NCBI GenBank assembly: GCA_003249955.1 | Contig: QKHS01000006.1 | Coordinates: 78,917 to 142,916 of the forward strand | Direction of reading: 5' to 3' | Source: Bacteroidales bacterium | GTDB taxonomy: Bacteria; Bacteroidota; Bacteroidia; Bacteroidales; ML635J-15 | DNA length: 64,000 nucleotides | Shown: piece after piece, positions 1 to 8,439 of the stretch | Position numbering within the stretch: the first letter of the stretch is position 1 | Layout: each line of letters starts with the position of its first letter | Position numbers and translations under genes: made by a program | The notes under the pieces: generated by a model | Databases searched by the model: none | Seen by the model: only the letters and a program-made list of their open reading frames with translations | What the model was told of the DNA's origin: nothing

Positions 1-930
1 CTAAAATTATTAATCGGCTCAAAAAAATTCGTAATTATTGACGAAGCTCAAAAAATCCCGGACATCGGCAATATTGTAAAATTAATAAGTGATAATATAA
101 CAGATGTTAAACTGTTTGTTACAGGATCATCATCTTTTGACATTGCAAATATGACAAAAGAAGCAATGACCGGCAGAAAAATTGAGTTTATCCTTTATCC
201 CTTAAGTTTTTCTGAATTAGTAAATCATCATGGATTGCTCCATGAAAAAAGAATGCTGGAAACAAGGCTTATCTTTGGTTCATATCCTGATATTGCTACA
301 AACACTGATCACGCGAAAATACTACTAAAAACTTTAACATCCGATTATTTATACAAAGATGTACTTAGTCTTGAGAGCATCAAGAAACCGGTTTTGGTAG
401 AAAAGCTAGTAAGGGCTTTGGCACTGCAAATCGGGAATGAGGTATCATACAACGAATTAGCAAATTTATTGGACGCGGATAAATCAACAATCGAAAAATA
501 TATAGATATTCTTGAAAAATCATTTATCATTTTCCGATTAGGATCTTTTAGCAGGAATTTAAGAAATGAACTTAAGAAAAGCAGGAAAATATACTTTTGG
601 GATAATGGAATAAGAAATGCTGTAATCGGGAATTATTCCGGCGTTAACCAGAGATCCGACATTGGAGCATTATGGGAAAACTATCTGATTTCAGAAAAAA
701 TGAAAGCTAATTCATACTCCGGGAAAAACTCTGAATCATTTTTCTGGCGTACAACACAGCAGCAGGAGATTGATTATATCGAAGCAGAGAATGAAAACAT
801 AAAGGCTTTTGAATTCAAATGGAATGCAAAAAGAAAAGCAAAAATACCGCTAACTTTTTTGAGAGCATACCTTCCGTTAGATGAAAAAATAATAAGTCCT
901 GAAAATTACGAAGAATTTTTACTTGATTAA
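1..930 (+). CDS. AAA+ ATPase with DUF4143-type C-terminal domain (5' end outside window)
   Basis: Frame 1 is open from base 1 (LKLLIGSKKFVIIDEAQKIPD..., Walker-B-like VIIDEAQ) and runs into tracked ORF 151..930. The C-terminal half (YLYKDVL...VEKLVRALALQIGNEVSYNELA...IYFWDNGIRN) matches the common 'ATP-binding protein, DUF4143' architecture. Confidence 0.7.
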   Translation, partial: LKLLIGSKKFVIIDEAQKIPDIGNIVKLISDNITDVKLFVTGSSSFDIANMTKEAMTGRKIEFILYPLSFSELVNHHGLLHEKRMLETRLIFGSYPDIATNTDHAKILLKTLTSDYLYKDVLSLESIKKPVLVEKLVRALALQIGNEVSYNELANLLDADKSTIEKYIDILEKSFIIFRLGSFSRNLRNELKKSRKIYFWDNGIRNAVIGNYSGVNQRSDIGALWENYLISEKMKANSYSGKNSESFFWRTTQQQEIDYIEAENENIKAFEFKWNAKRKAKIPLTFLRAYLPLDEKIISPENYEEFLLD

Positions 931-937
931 AAAAAAT

Positions 938-1990
938 ATGAAAGTCAACAACAGGCATTATCGTGCAATATGGATGGAAGGCAGTACAGTCTGCATGATT
1001 GAGCAAAACAAACTGCCATTTGAGTTTGAGATACACTATTGTAAAACTACCGATGAAACCTGTCATGCAATAAAAACAATGATAACCCGCGGAGCCGGAT
1101 CAATAGGTGCTGCCGGAGGATATGCAATGCTTCAGACAATTTATTCATGTTCTGAAAATAATCTCATTCCCGAACTTGAAAAGGCTAAGGCTAAAACAGA
1201 CGCGACGCGTCCAACAGCAGTAAACTTATCTTACGCCACAAAAAGGGTTCTTGATGCAGCAAAAATTTCAAAAGAATTTGCAATAAGTGAAGCATTTGCT
1301 GTTGCCGACGAATGTGTGGAACATTCCCGGCTTATAGGCGAATACGGAAACACTTTGATTGAAGATGGATTTGGCATAGAAACACATTGCAATGCCGGGT
1401 GGCTGGCTTTGGTTGACTATGGTTCTGCCCTTGCCCCCGTTTACACAGCTCACGACTGTGGCAAGAAAATTTTTGTTTACGTTGACGAAACACGTCCAAG
1501 AAGCCAGGGTGCAAGATTAACTGCCTGGGAACTTAACCAGCACGGGGTTCCGCATGCCATAATACCCGATAATGCCGGAGCTCATTATATGGCTGCCGGA
1601 CATATCAATATTGTAATTACCGGAGCAGACAGAATTGCTGCCAACGGAGATACTGCAAATAAAATAGGAACACTGGAAAAAGCTATTGCTGCAAAATATT
1701 ACGGAATTCCTTTTTATATTGCAGCACCTACAAGTACGATAGATATTAACACGGCAAGCGGAAAATCTATTCCTATAGAAGAAAGAAGTGCCGATGAAGT
1801 TCTTTATTATTCGGGAAAGCTAAAAAACGGGAAAATAGAAGAAATGCGTATTGCAAGTCCCGGATCAGGAGCGTTAAACCCGGCTTTCGATGTAACTCCG
1901 GCATCTCTTATTTCGGGAATTATAACCGAAAAAGGTATTATCAAAGCTGACAAAGAATCAATAAAAAAACTTTTTGACAATGATATTTAA
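938..1990 (+). CDS. mtnA: S-methyl-5-thioribose-1-phosphate isomerase (eIF-2B alpha/beta/delta family)
   Basis: Motifs TRGAGSIGAAG, THCNAGWLA, VDETRPRSQGARLTAWEL, GADRIAANGDTANKIGT and PAFDVTP. The tracked start at 923 is a TTG inside the previous gene's stop region, so the ATG at 938 (MKVNNRHYRAIW) is preferred. Confidence 0.85.
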   Translation: MKVNNRHYRAIWMEGSTVCMIEQNKLPFEFEIHYCKTTDETCHAIKTMITRGAGSIGAAGGYAMLQTIYSCSENNLIPELEKAKAKTDATRPTAVNLSYATKRVLDAAKISKEFAISEAFAVADECVEHSRLIGEYGNTLIEDGFGIETHCNAGWLALVDYGSALAPVYTAHDCGKKIFVYVDETRPRSQGARLTAWELNQHGVPHAIIPDNAGAHYMAAGHINIVITGADRIAANGDTANKIGTLEKAIAAKYYGIPFYIAAPTSTIDINTASGKSIPIEERSADEVLYYSGKLKNGKIEEMRIASPGSGALNPAFDVTPASLISGIITEKGIIKADKESIKKLFDNDI

Positions 1991-2603
1991 AGATGAAAGA
2001 AAATCTGTTGCCCAAATAATGCGCAGACTATATAAACAAAAACTGACAACTTCAAGCGGAGGCAACGTTAGCATGAGAAACAAAGACGGCATTGTTTTTA
2101 TTACTGCAAGCCAGACTGATAAATCCTGTATAAAATGGAAAGATATAATTGTATTTGATGTAAACGGTAACAATCTCACCCCGGATTTAAAGCCAAGCAT
2201 GGAGTCGGCTATGCATACAGAGATTTACAAATCTAGGCCCGACGTTTTTGCAATAGTTCATGCTCACCCGGTTTATGCTTCAACATTTGCGGTTACAGAT
2301 TACAAACCGGAATCTTCCATGACAGGAGAAGCCAGATTTGTTCTCGGAGAAATTGCTGTTACTGATTATAAACTGATGGGAACGGATGATCTTGCAAAAG
2401 CTTGTGCAGAATCTTTAAAAAACTCAGACACTGCAATTATGAAAAATCACGGTGCTATCTGCCTAGGCAAAACCCTGTTCGGGGCTTTTGACAGAATGGA
2501 AGTTCTGGAATTTACCGCGCATATGTATTTCAACACTCTTGTGCTTAATAATTGTCAAAAGCTTGACGAAAAAGAACTGAAGAAAATTGACGGTTTAAAG
2601 TAA
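1980..2603 (+). CDS. Class II aldolase/adducin-family protein (MtnB dehydratase-like or MTRu-1-P aldolase-like)
   Basis: Motifs SSGGNVSMR, MHTEIY, VHAHPVYAS and KNHGAICLG. The ATG at 1980 overlaps the mtnA stop by 11 nt, suggesting translational coupling. Confidence 0.75.
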   Translation: MIFKDERKSVAQIMRRLYKQKLTTSSGGNVSMRNKDGIVFITASQTDKSCIKWKDIIVFDVNGNNLTPDLKPSMESAMHTEIYKSRPDVFAIVHAHPVYASTFAVTDYKPESSMTGEARFVLGEIAVTDYKLMGTDDLAKACAESLKNSDTAIMKNHGAICLGKTLFGAFDRMEVLEFTAHMYFNTLVLNNCQKLDEKELKKIDGLK

Positions 2604-3443
2604 TCAGAACCTTTTAAACTCATATTTCAAACCTGTTGCATCAACATCAATCCTGACATAACCGGCATTTTCATATGAATCTACAACTGCATCTGTTATA
2701 AGGTATGTTGTATTGCCTAATTGTGCAGCATCCTGAACGTGATCGTGCCCGTTTACAACAAGATTCACCTTATATTCTGCAAATAAATTAATAAGATATG
2801 CAACTTCTTCAACCAATGGATTTGCACTGGTAGTTCTACGGGTACGAAGCATATTGACATGTGAAATCACTGTACAATATCTGTAATTGTCCCGGTTATC
2901 CTTTAGTAAATCCTCCAGCCACTTAATCTGGCTTTTCCCGAATGTTCCCCCGCCGGAATCGAGACAAATGTATAAATCGGGGACTTCAGGAGTACTAACG
3001 GTGAAATAATATGTTGAAGATCCGAAAAACTCATAAAATGTTTTCCATCCGTCGAAAAACAAATCATGATTACCGGTAATTAAAAATACAGGTTTTTCTA
3101 CACTATCTTTCAATGTTCTGAAAACTTCGTAATCTTCTCTTTGTCCCGTAACAATATCACCTGCAAGAACCAAAGCAAGATTATCCGACGATTCGTAAGT
3201 TTCAAATAATTCCCTGGTATTTTTCGTTCCGCCAATATGAAGGTCAGAGGCTATCAGAAGGCTATAATTTTCTGATGCTGTGCTGATGTTCTGATACGGG
3301 TGGGACTGGTTGTAATCCACAGATTGTGAAAATCTTTTTTCGACTCTGTCTGTAGATCTTATCAAACCTGAAAAATCAGCTTCACATGCGCCGAAAAAGC
3401 CGGTAAGGCTTAATAATACAAATATCTTTATTTTATTTCCCAT
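2604..3443 (-). CDS. Metallophosphoesterase (calcineurin-like) lipoprotein
   Basis: Lipobox-like LTGFFGAC, plus metallophosphoesterase blocks SDLHIG, AGDIV, GNHD and GHDH. Confidence 0.7.
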   Translation of the reverse strand: MGNKIKIFVLLSLTGFFGACEADFSGLIRSTDRVEKRFSQSVDYNQSHPYQNISTASENYSLLIASDLHIGGTKNTRELFETYESSDNLALVLAGDIVTGQREDYEVFRTLKDSVEKPVFLITGNHDLFFDGWKTFYEFFGSSTYYFTVSTPEVPDLYICLDSGGGTFGKSQIKWLEDLLKDNRDNYRYCTVISHVNMLRTRRTTSANPLVEEVAYLINLFAEYKVNLVVNGHDHVQDAAQLGNTTYLITDAVVDSYENAGYVRIDVDATGLKYEFKRF

Positions 3444-4159
3444 GATACTCCTGTTCTGAAAAACACACCAAAATAATTAACCCTTATATTATTAAACCCC
3501 GCAGTCTGATACCACAAATCTGCAAAAAATTTCGGGCTGTTTTCTCTTCGCTTATATGTAAAACCCAGGTCAAGCATCGGGTTTGTCTCCTGCTCAATAA
3601 TAAACAACTCAAAGTTTGTAAGGTTTATAAAGAGGTTCCAATCGCTGCCAATCTCTCTTAAATGGTATTTTACCGAATACATAAGGTTAGCTGCTTCAAC
3701 AAGAACATCATTGTCTGTTATCCCGTAAATCTCAGCAGCATTATTGTTAAATTTATAAAAATTAAAATTGTTCCCTAGTGCAAAATACCATTTTCTGACA
3801 GTGTAATCTATTTTTAGACCGGCATTATTTACATTAAGAATATTGCTTACCGGTTTATAACAATAGAACAAAGAAGTTTTAAGAGGATGGTTCTTTACTG
3901 CAAATTTATAACCCAGTCCTGTCGAGAACGCGTTTATAATTTTCTTATCCCTGTTGTTTAAATTAACATCCATGGCATATGAAACAAAAAAATTATGATA
4001 CTCAAATTGCGGTGAATGTCCAATTGTAATTAATGGAGGGTTATCAACAGGATTGCTTGATACTCCGGCAAAAACGTCAATTTTAAACTGAGCCTGTACT
4101 GTTGTAACGCAAAAACTACAAATCAAAAAATACAGAAAAAAAACATATTTTATTTTCAT
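3428..4159 (-). CDS. Hypothetical secreted protein, possible outer-membrane beta-barrel
   Basis: Signal peptide (…CVTTVQAQ) and alternating aromatic/polar strands. It overlaps the downstream phosphoesterase gene by 16 nt. No recognisable family motif. Confidence 0.35.
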   Translation of the reverse strand: MKIKYVFFLYFLICSFCVTTVQAQFKIDVFAGVSSNPVDNPPLITIGHSPQFEYHNFFVSYAMDVNLNNRDKKIINAFSTGLGYKFAVKNHPLKTSLFYCYKPVSNILNVNNAGLKIDYTVRKWYFALGNNFNFYKFNNNAAEIYGITDNDVLVEAANLMYSVKYHLREIGSDWNLFINLTNFELFIIEQETNPMLDLGFTYKRRENSPKFFADLWYQTAGFNNIRVNYFGVFFRTGVSWEIK

Positions 4160-4257
4160 CTCATATGATTATGGTTATGGCAAATATAATACGATTTTCC
4201 GGTAATGAAAAATAAGGGAAATAAAAAACGGTTTTCATGTTTTTACATCATTATTTC

Positions 4258-4265
4258 TATATTTG
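4258..4265 (+). promoter_or_regulatory. Bacteroidota-type -7 promoter box TATATTTG
   Basis: Exact match to the TAnnTTTG consensus, 20 nt upstream of the ATG at 4285. It lies inside the longer tracked ORF, which argues for the shorter start. Confidence 0.4.
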
Positions 4266-4284
4266 TGAAAATAAAAACAGTTTT

Positions 4285-4638
4285 ATGGAAAAAACTTATG
4301 ATTTAACCACATATAAAGGCCTTAACACGGCTATCGAACTTGTAAAAAAATACGGATGGATTATCAGCCCTTTACCATGGCTTATTTATAAAGCATTAAG
4401 CCCCGAAGTTTCTACCGAAAAGCAGGTTGATGCCGCTATAAATATGATTAAGGCAGGCAGGGACAACGGGGCTAAACGTATGAGAATACGCGTGGGACAT
4501 GATGCCGGAATAAAACTGGGTGCAATGCTTAAAGGCTTTCCTTTAAATGTAAATGTCGGTAATAACGGAGCAATTGAACTTGATGTCGATTTTGAATCTG
4601 CCTCTGATACAGATATAATACAATTAAACAATATCTAA
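4285..4638 (+). CDS. Hypothetical protein (117 aa)
   Basis: ORF with an internal ATG (MEKTYDL...) just downstream of a -7 box. No recognisable motifs. The 3' end overlaps the convergent gene by 4 nt. Confidence 0.35.
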   Translation: MEKTYDLTTYKGLNTAIELVKKYGWIISPLPWLIYKALSPEVSTEKQVDAAINMIKAGRDNGAKRMRIRVGHDAGIKLGAMLKGFPLNVNVGNNGAIELDVDFESASDTDIIQLNNI

Positions 4639-6344
4639 AATTTTGTACTGTCTGTTTGCCTGAGTTTCCACAACACTCCGTTTGCAAACTTTTCGTAACC
4701 GGCAGCATTATTATGTCCGTCATACTTCCAGTAGTATTCCTGGGAATTATCTACGGTAATATTTTCAACATCGCGGTAATATTCCAGTAAATTCAGATTA
4801 TTTATCCCTTCTTCATCTGCAAACTTAACAAGCGGAGAATTAAAAAAGAACCTATCTTCGTCAACTTCGGCTCTCTGCGGGTAAAACACTATAAGTAACT
4901 CAAAATCATTGTTTTTTGCCAATTCCCTGAATTGTATCAGGCTTTTCTTAAGGTCTGATATGGCTTTTTCTGTAGCAGCCTTATATTCAGCATCAGTCAA
5001 AAGTAAATCATTGTAACCACATAAGTTATGCACCACTAAACGACACACAAAAGATACCGAATAAAATGCATGCCACCAATGTTTTTCAACAGCAGGCTTC
5101 ATTTTCTCAAACCGTTCTTCGCCTCCCCTTGTTATCATATCTGTCATTTCGTAACCGTAAGAAACAATAACCAGATCTGGCTTATAATCCAATAATTTAT
5201 CTTTGAGCAATCTGTATTCGTAAACCGGGTCACTGCCGCAAACTCCTGCATTTATAAACCTGAATTCAATACTGTCGTTATCTGGTATTTTTCGCTCAAA
5301 AAATTTCAGCCATGTTGAATCTGAATGAGCACCATCTCCTTCTGTAAATGAATCTCCCAATGCAAGAATCAGGTATTCGTTTTCTTTTTTATCCGGATTT
5401 ATTTCTTCTCCTGACAATCCAATGGAATTTGAAACTCTTTTGTATTCAAACTCAGAATTATTCAAGATATAAGCTGTGTTCTCCGGCCTTAAATGATATG
5501 CCTCTATCCTGTTCTGATACTGAACAGACTCGTAATAGCCGAAACGTTTCTCAAACGCGCTGACATTTACACCGGCTAATCGTAGCAGTATTTCTGCCAG
5601 AAACAAACCTGCAAATACACTTACAATTACAGTCATTATGTTTTCTTTCAGCTTTAAATCTGTTTTTATAAGCTTATTTATGATTAAAATAATCACTGTA
5701 AATAAAAATGCAAGGAGACAGACTCCAGACCACAAAAATAGTTTCCCGGAAACAAAAACATGGAATAAAAATATACTGAAAAATAAAGCTGAAACAGACA
5801 TAGTAATTGTAACATATGCTTTATTACTGTGCTTTTTCAAAGCCACAAGAAAAAACAGTATGATTGCAATGACAAGACAAAAAATAAGAATTCTTAATTT
5901 AAGTGATGAAAACAAACGCAGTGCTGATAATTTTCCGCATAAGTCATGCTTATAGTTTAAATTGCAAACATTGACTTCTCTATTATTCAACACAGTTGTA
6001 TCCAGCAGAACATCCTCATTTTTGTTAATAATCCTGATTTTTACCGGTAAAGCCGTATCAACATCATTAAAACTTATGACAAGATTGTTAAAATACCAAT
6101 AATCACAGCTTTTAAAAAATCCGGGATGCCTTTCCAACCGGTTCTCCCTTTTAAAAACACTAACGCCGGAACATTCTGTATTTTCAGATATTGACTTTAG
6201 ATTTTGGGTTACATAAACTCTGAATTCCCCGTATATGTTAATCCTGCTAAAATAAACCGATAAAACAATACCGGCAATTATCAGTAACAACAATACGGAC
6301 AAAACAGCCGGATATCTTTTTATCTTTCCCGGGTATCTCTGCAT
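4635..6344 (-). CDS. Membrane-anchored SGNH/GDSL-family hydrolase
   Basis: Several N-terminal hydrophobic helices. The C-terminal domain carries block I LALGDSFTEGDG and a block-V-like YDGHNNAAGY. Confidence 0.6.
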   Translation of the reverse strand: MQRYPGKIKRYPAVLSVLLLLIIAGIVLSVYFSRINIYGEFRVYVTQNLKSISENTECSGVSVFKRENRLERHPGFFKSCDYWYFNNLVISFNDVDTALPVKIRIINKNEDVLLDTTVLNNREVNVCNLNYKHDLCGKLSALRLFSSLKLRILIFCLVIAIILFFLVALKKHSNKAYVTITMSVSALFFSIFLFHVFVSGKLFLWSGVCLLAFLFTVIILIINKLIKTDLKLKENIMTVIVSVFAGLFLAEILLRLAGVNVSAFEKRFGYYESVQYQNRIEAYHLRPENTAYILNNSEFEYKRVSNSIGLSGEEINPDKKENEYLILALGDSFTEGDGAHSDSTWLKFFERKIPDNDSIEFRFINAGVCGSDPVYEYRLLKDKLLDYKPDLVIVSYGYEMTDMITRGGEERFEKMKPAVEKHWWHAFYSVSFVCRLVVHNLCGYNDLLLTDAEYKAATEKAISDLKKSLIQFRELAKNNDFELLIVFYPQRAEVDEDRFFFNSPLVKFADEEGINNLNLLEYYRDVENITVDNSQEYYWKYDGHNNAAGYEKFANGVLWKLRQTDSTKF

Positions 6345-6421
6345 AATCTCATGACAAATCTCCCGGCAAGATACAAAAAAGGCTGATAATGATATCAGCC
6401 TCCTGTAAAAAAAATCTAATA

Positions 6422-8083
6422 TTATTTACCCGGACAATTTTTCTTAATCTCGGGAGATATATCATTACGTCCGTATGCATTGTCGAAGTGATCCGAGAAC
6501 TGTTTAGCCAGATTCTCTGCTGTTTTACGGTACTCTTCTTTGCTGGCCCATGTATTTTCGGGAATCAGCATTTCGGAAGGCACTCCCGGACAAGTTCTGG
6601 GAACATTTACATGGAAAAGAGTATTATATTCATATTCCACATTTTTAAGGTCACCGTTAAGTGCAGCTTCAACCATTGCACGGGTATAGTTAAGATCTAT
6701 GCGTTTTCCGACACCGTATTTTCCGCCTGACCATCCTGTATTGATAAGATAAACGCAGGTATTGTGTTCTTCCATTTTATCGCCAAGCATTTTAGCATAA
6801 ATTTTCGGGAGCGACGGCATAAACGGAGCTCCGAAAAATCTTGAAAATGTTGATTGTGGTTCAACAACACCGGTTTCTGTTCCTGCAAGTTTTGAAGTAT
6901 AACCCATCAGGAACCACAACATTGCCTGATTTCTGTCAAGTCTTGAAACCGGAGGCAAAACGCCTGTAGCATCAGCAGTAAGGAATAATATTGTTGACGG
7001 ATGTCCGCCTACACTTGATTCCTTAATATTATCCAAAAATGAAAGCGGATACGAAGCTCTTGAATTAGGTGTTAATCTTTCGTCATTAAAATCGAATTCT
7101 CCATTCGGATAAATCATGGCATTTTCGACAATTGCCCCATGATTTAAATAATAGTCAGGATGCAAAACCGCACGATAGATTTCCGGTTCTTTTTCCGGAT
7201 TAATATTTATCATTTTTGCATAGCAACCATTTTCAAAATTTGCAACACTGGTTTCGCTCCAGCCGTGTTCATCATCGCCAAGTAAAGCTCTGCGCGGATC
7301 GGCAGACAATGTAGTTTTACCTGTTCCCGACAATCCGAGAATAAGTGCAGTTTTACCATCAGCACCTTCGTTTGCGGAACAATGTAAAGGAAGCACATTT
7401 TCAAAAGGCAGATAATAATTCATTACTGTAAACATAAGCTTCTTAACGCTGCCCAGATATGCTGTTCCGATTACAATACCGATGCGACGGTCAAAATCCA
7501 TAACAACGATCTTATCTGTTGATTTACCATTCGGCAACTTACGAAGTTTCCATTCGTATTTTGACTGATCCAGTTTATTAAATGGTAAAGCTATCAGGAA
7601 AAACGGTTTGTCTGAGAAACAACTTTTGTGCAAATCCTCAGGAACACTTCTGAACATGTTATCTACAAAAACGGAAGTTAATGCCTGACTTGTAATAACC
7701 TTTACCGGAAGCGCATATTCAGAGTCGGCTCCGATAACACGGTCATTAACATAGATGCGGTTATGCTTGCTCATCATATCCATAGCATCTTCGAAAACCT
7801 CGTCAAAAACCTTATCCGTAACCGGCAGATTGTTAGGAGAATTCCAGTCTATATAAATCTGGCTCTCGGGACGTTTAACGATAACAGTGTCTTTAGGGCT
7901 TCTTCCTGTTGAATCAGGATCTGTCCATGTTGCCAATGTTCCCGATTTTGCTACCAGGCATTCGCTGTTGCTCACAGCATCTCCGATTAATCGTTTGCGT
8001 TCAGCATTTACAATTACGTTCTTACACTCGTTCAGAACTTCTTCTACTTTTTTGTGTGTCTCTTTAAAATTTATAGTATCCAT
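6422..8083 (-). CDS. pckA: Phosphoenolpyruvate carboxykinase (ATP)
   Basis: Kinase-1a loop GLSGTGKTTLS, plus LLGDDEHGW, NTGWSGG and an RIDLNYTRAMV-type C-terminus. Start set at MDTINFKETHKKV (ATG at 8083). The 75-aa upstream extension is low-complexity and reads through the repeat array. Confidence 0.9.
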   Translation of the reverse strand: MDTINFKETHKKVEEVLNECKNVIVNAERKRLIGDAVSNSECLVAKSGTLATWTDPDSTGRSPKDTVIVKRPESQIYIDWNSPNNLPVTDKVFDEVFEDAMDMMSKHNRIYVNDRVIGADSEYALPVKVITSQALTSVFVDNMFRSVPEDLHKSCFSDKPFFLIALPFNKLDQSKYEWKLRKLPNGKSTDKIVVMDFDRRIGIVIGTAYLGSVKKLMFTVMNYYLPFENVLPLHCSANEGADGKTALILGLSGTGKTTLSADPRRALLGDDEHGWSETSVANFENGCYAKMININPEKEPEIYRAVLHPDYYLNHGAIVENAMIYPNGEFDFNDERLTPNSRASYPLSFLDNIKESSVGGHPSTILFLTADATGVLPPVSRLDRNQAMLWFLMGYTSKLAGTETGVVEPQSTFSRFFGAPFMPSLPKIYAKMLGDKMEEHNTCVYLINTGWSGGKYGVGKRIDLNYTRAMVEAALNGDLKNVEYEYNTLFHVNVPRTCPGVPSEMLIPENTWASKEEYRKTAENLAKQFSDHFDNAYGRNDISPEIKKNCPGK

Positions 8084-8186
8084 CGCCGGTTTGTTTTGAT
8101 GTGGCAAAAATATTAAAAAATAAAGCACGAAAAAGGTGTTAAAGAATATAAAATAGGTGTTTGTGTTGTTAAAAATGTTTTTATTG

Positions 8187-8398
8187 GGGATTGAAGTCGG
8201 AAGACCGGAGACGGGAGGACGGAAGACCGGGGACCGGAGACGGAAGACGGAAAGTATCTGTTTCTGTCTGATGTTGCACAGAATTCCTCTCCGGTCTTCC
8301 ATCTTCACACTTCTTTACCACCTGACTTCAGTCTTCCGTCTTTTTTTTACCTCCTGACTTCGGCCTTCAGACTTCTGTCTCCTGTCTTTTTTCTTTCT
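8187..8398. repeat. GC-rich word array: purine-rich arm (GGAAGACC/GGAGAC words) followed by a complementary pyrimidine-rich arm
   Basis: 8187-8253 reads gggattgaagtcggaagaccggagacgggaggacggaagaccggggaccggagacggaagacgg. 8288-8398 contains the complements ctctccggtcttcc, gtcttccgtc and ctgacttc. Confidence 0.8.
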
Positions 8399-8439
8399 CA
8401 TTTAACAATTCTTTTGTATTTTGCGCAAAATTTTAAAGC

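Noticed and set aside
923-1979. TTG starts proposed by the ORF track for mtnA (923) and the aldolase-family gene (1974).
   Set aside because: Both are immediately followed by in-frame ATG codons (938 and 1980). These give N-termini of normal length and avoid deep overlap with the preceding gene.
8084-8308. 75-aa N-terminal extension of the tracked pckA ORF (start at 8308).
   Set aside because: The extension is low-complexity and is translated from the GC-rich word array and the AT-rich promoter region. The canonical PEPCK N-terminus begins at MDTINFKETHKKV (ATG at 8083).
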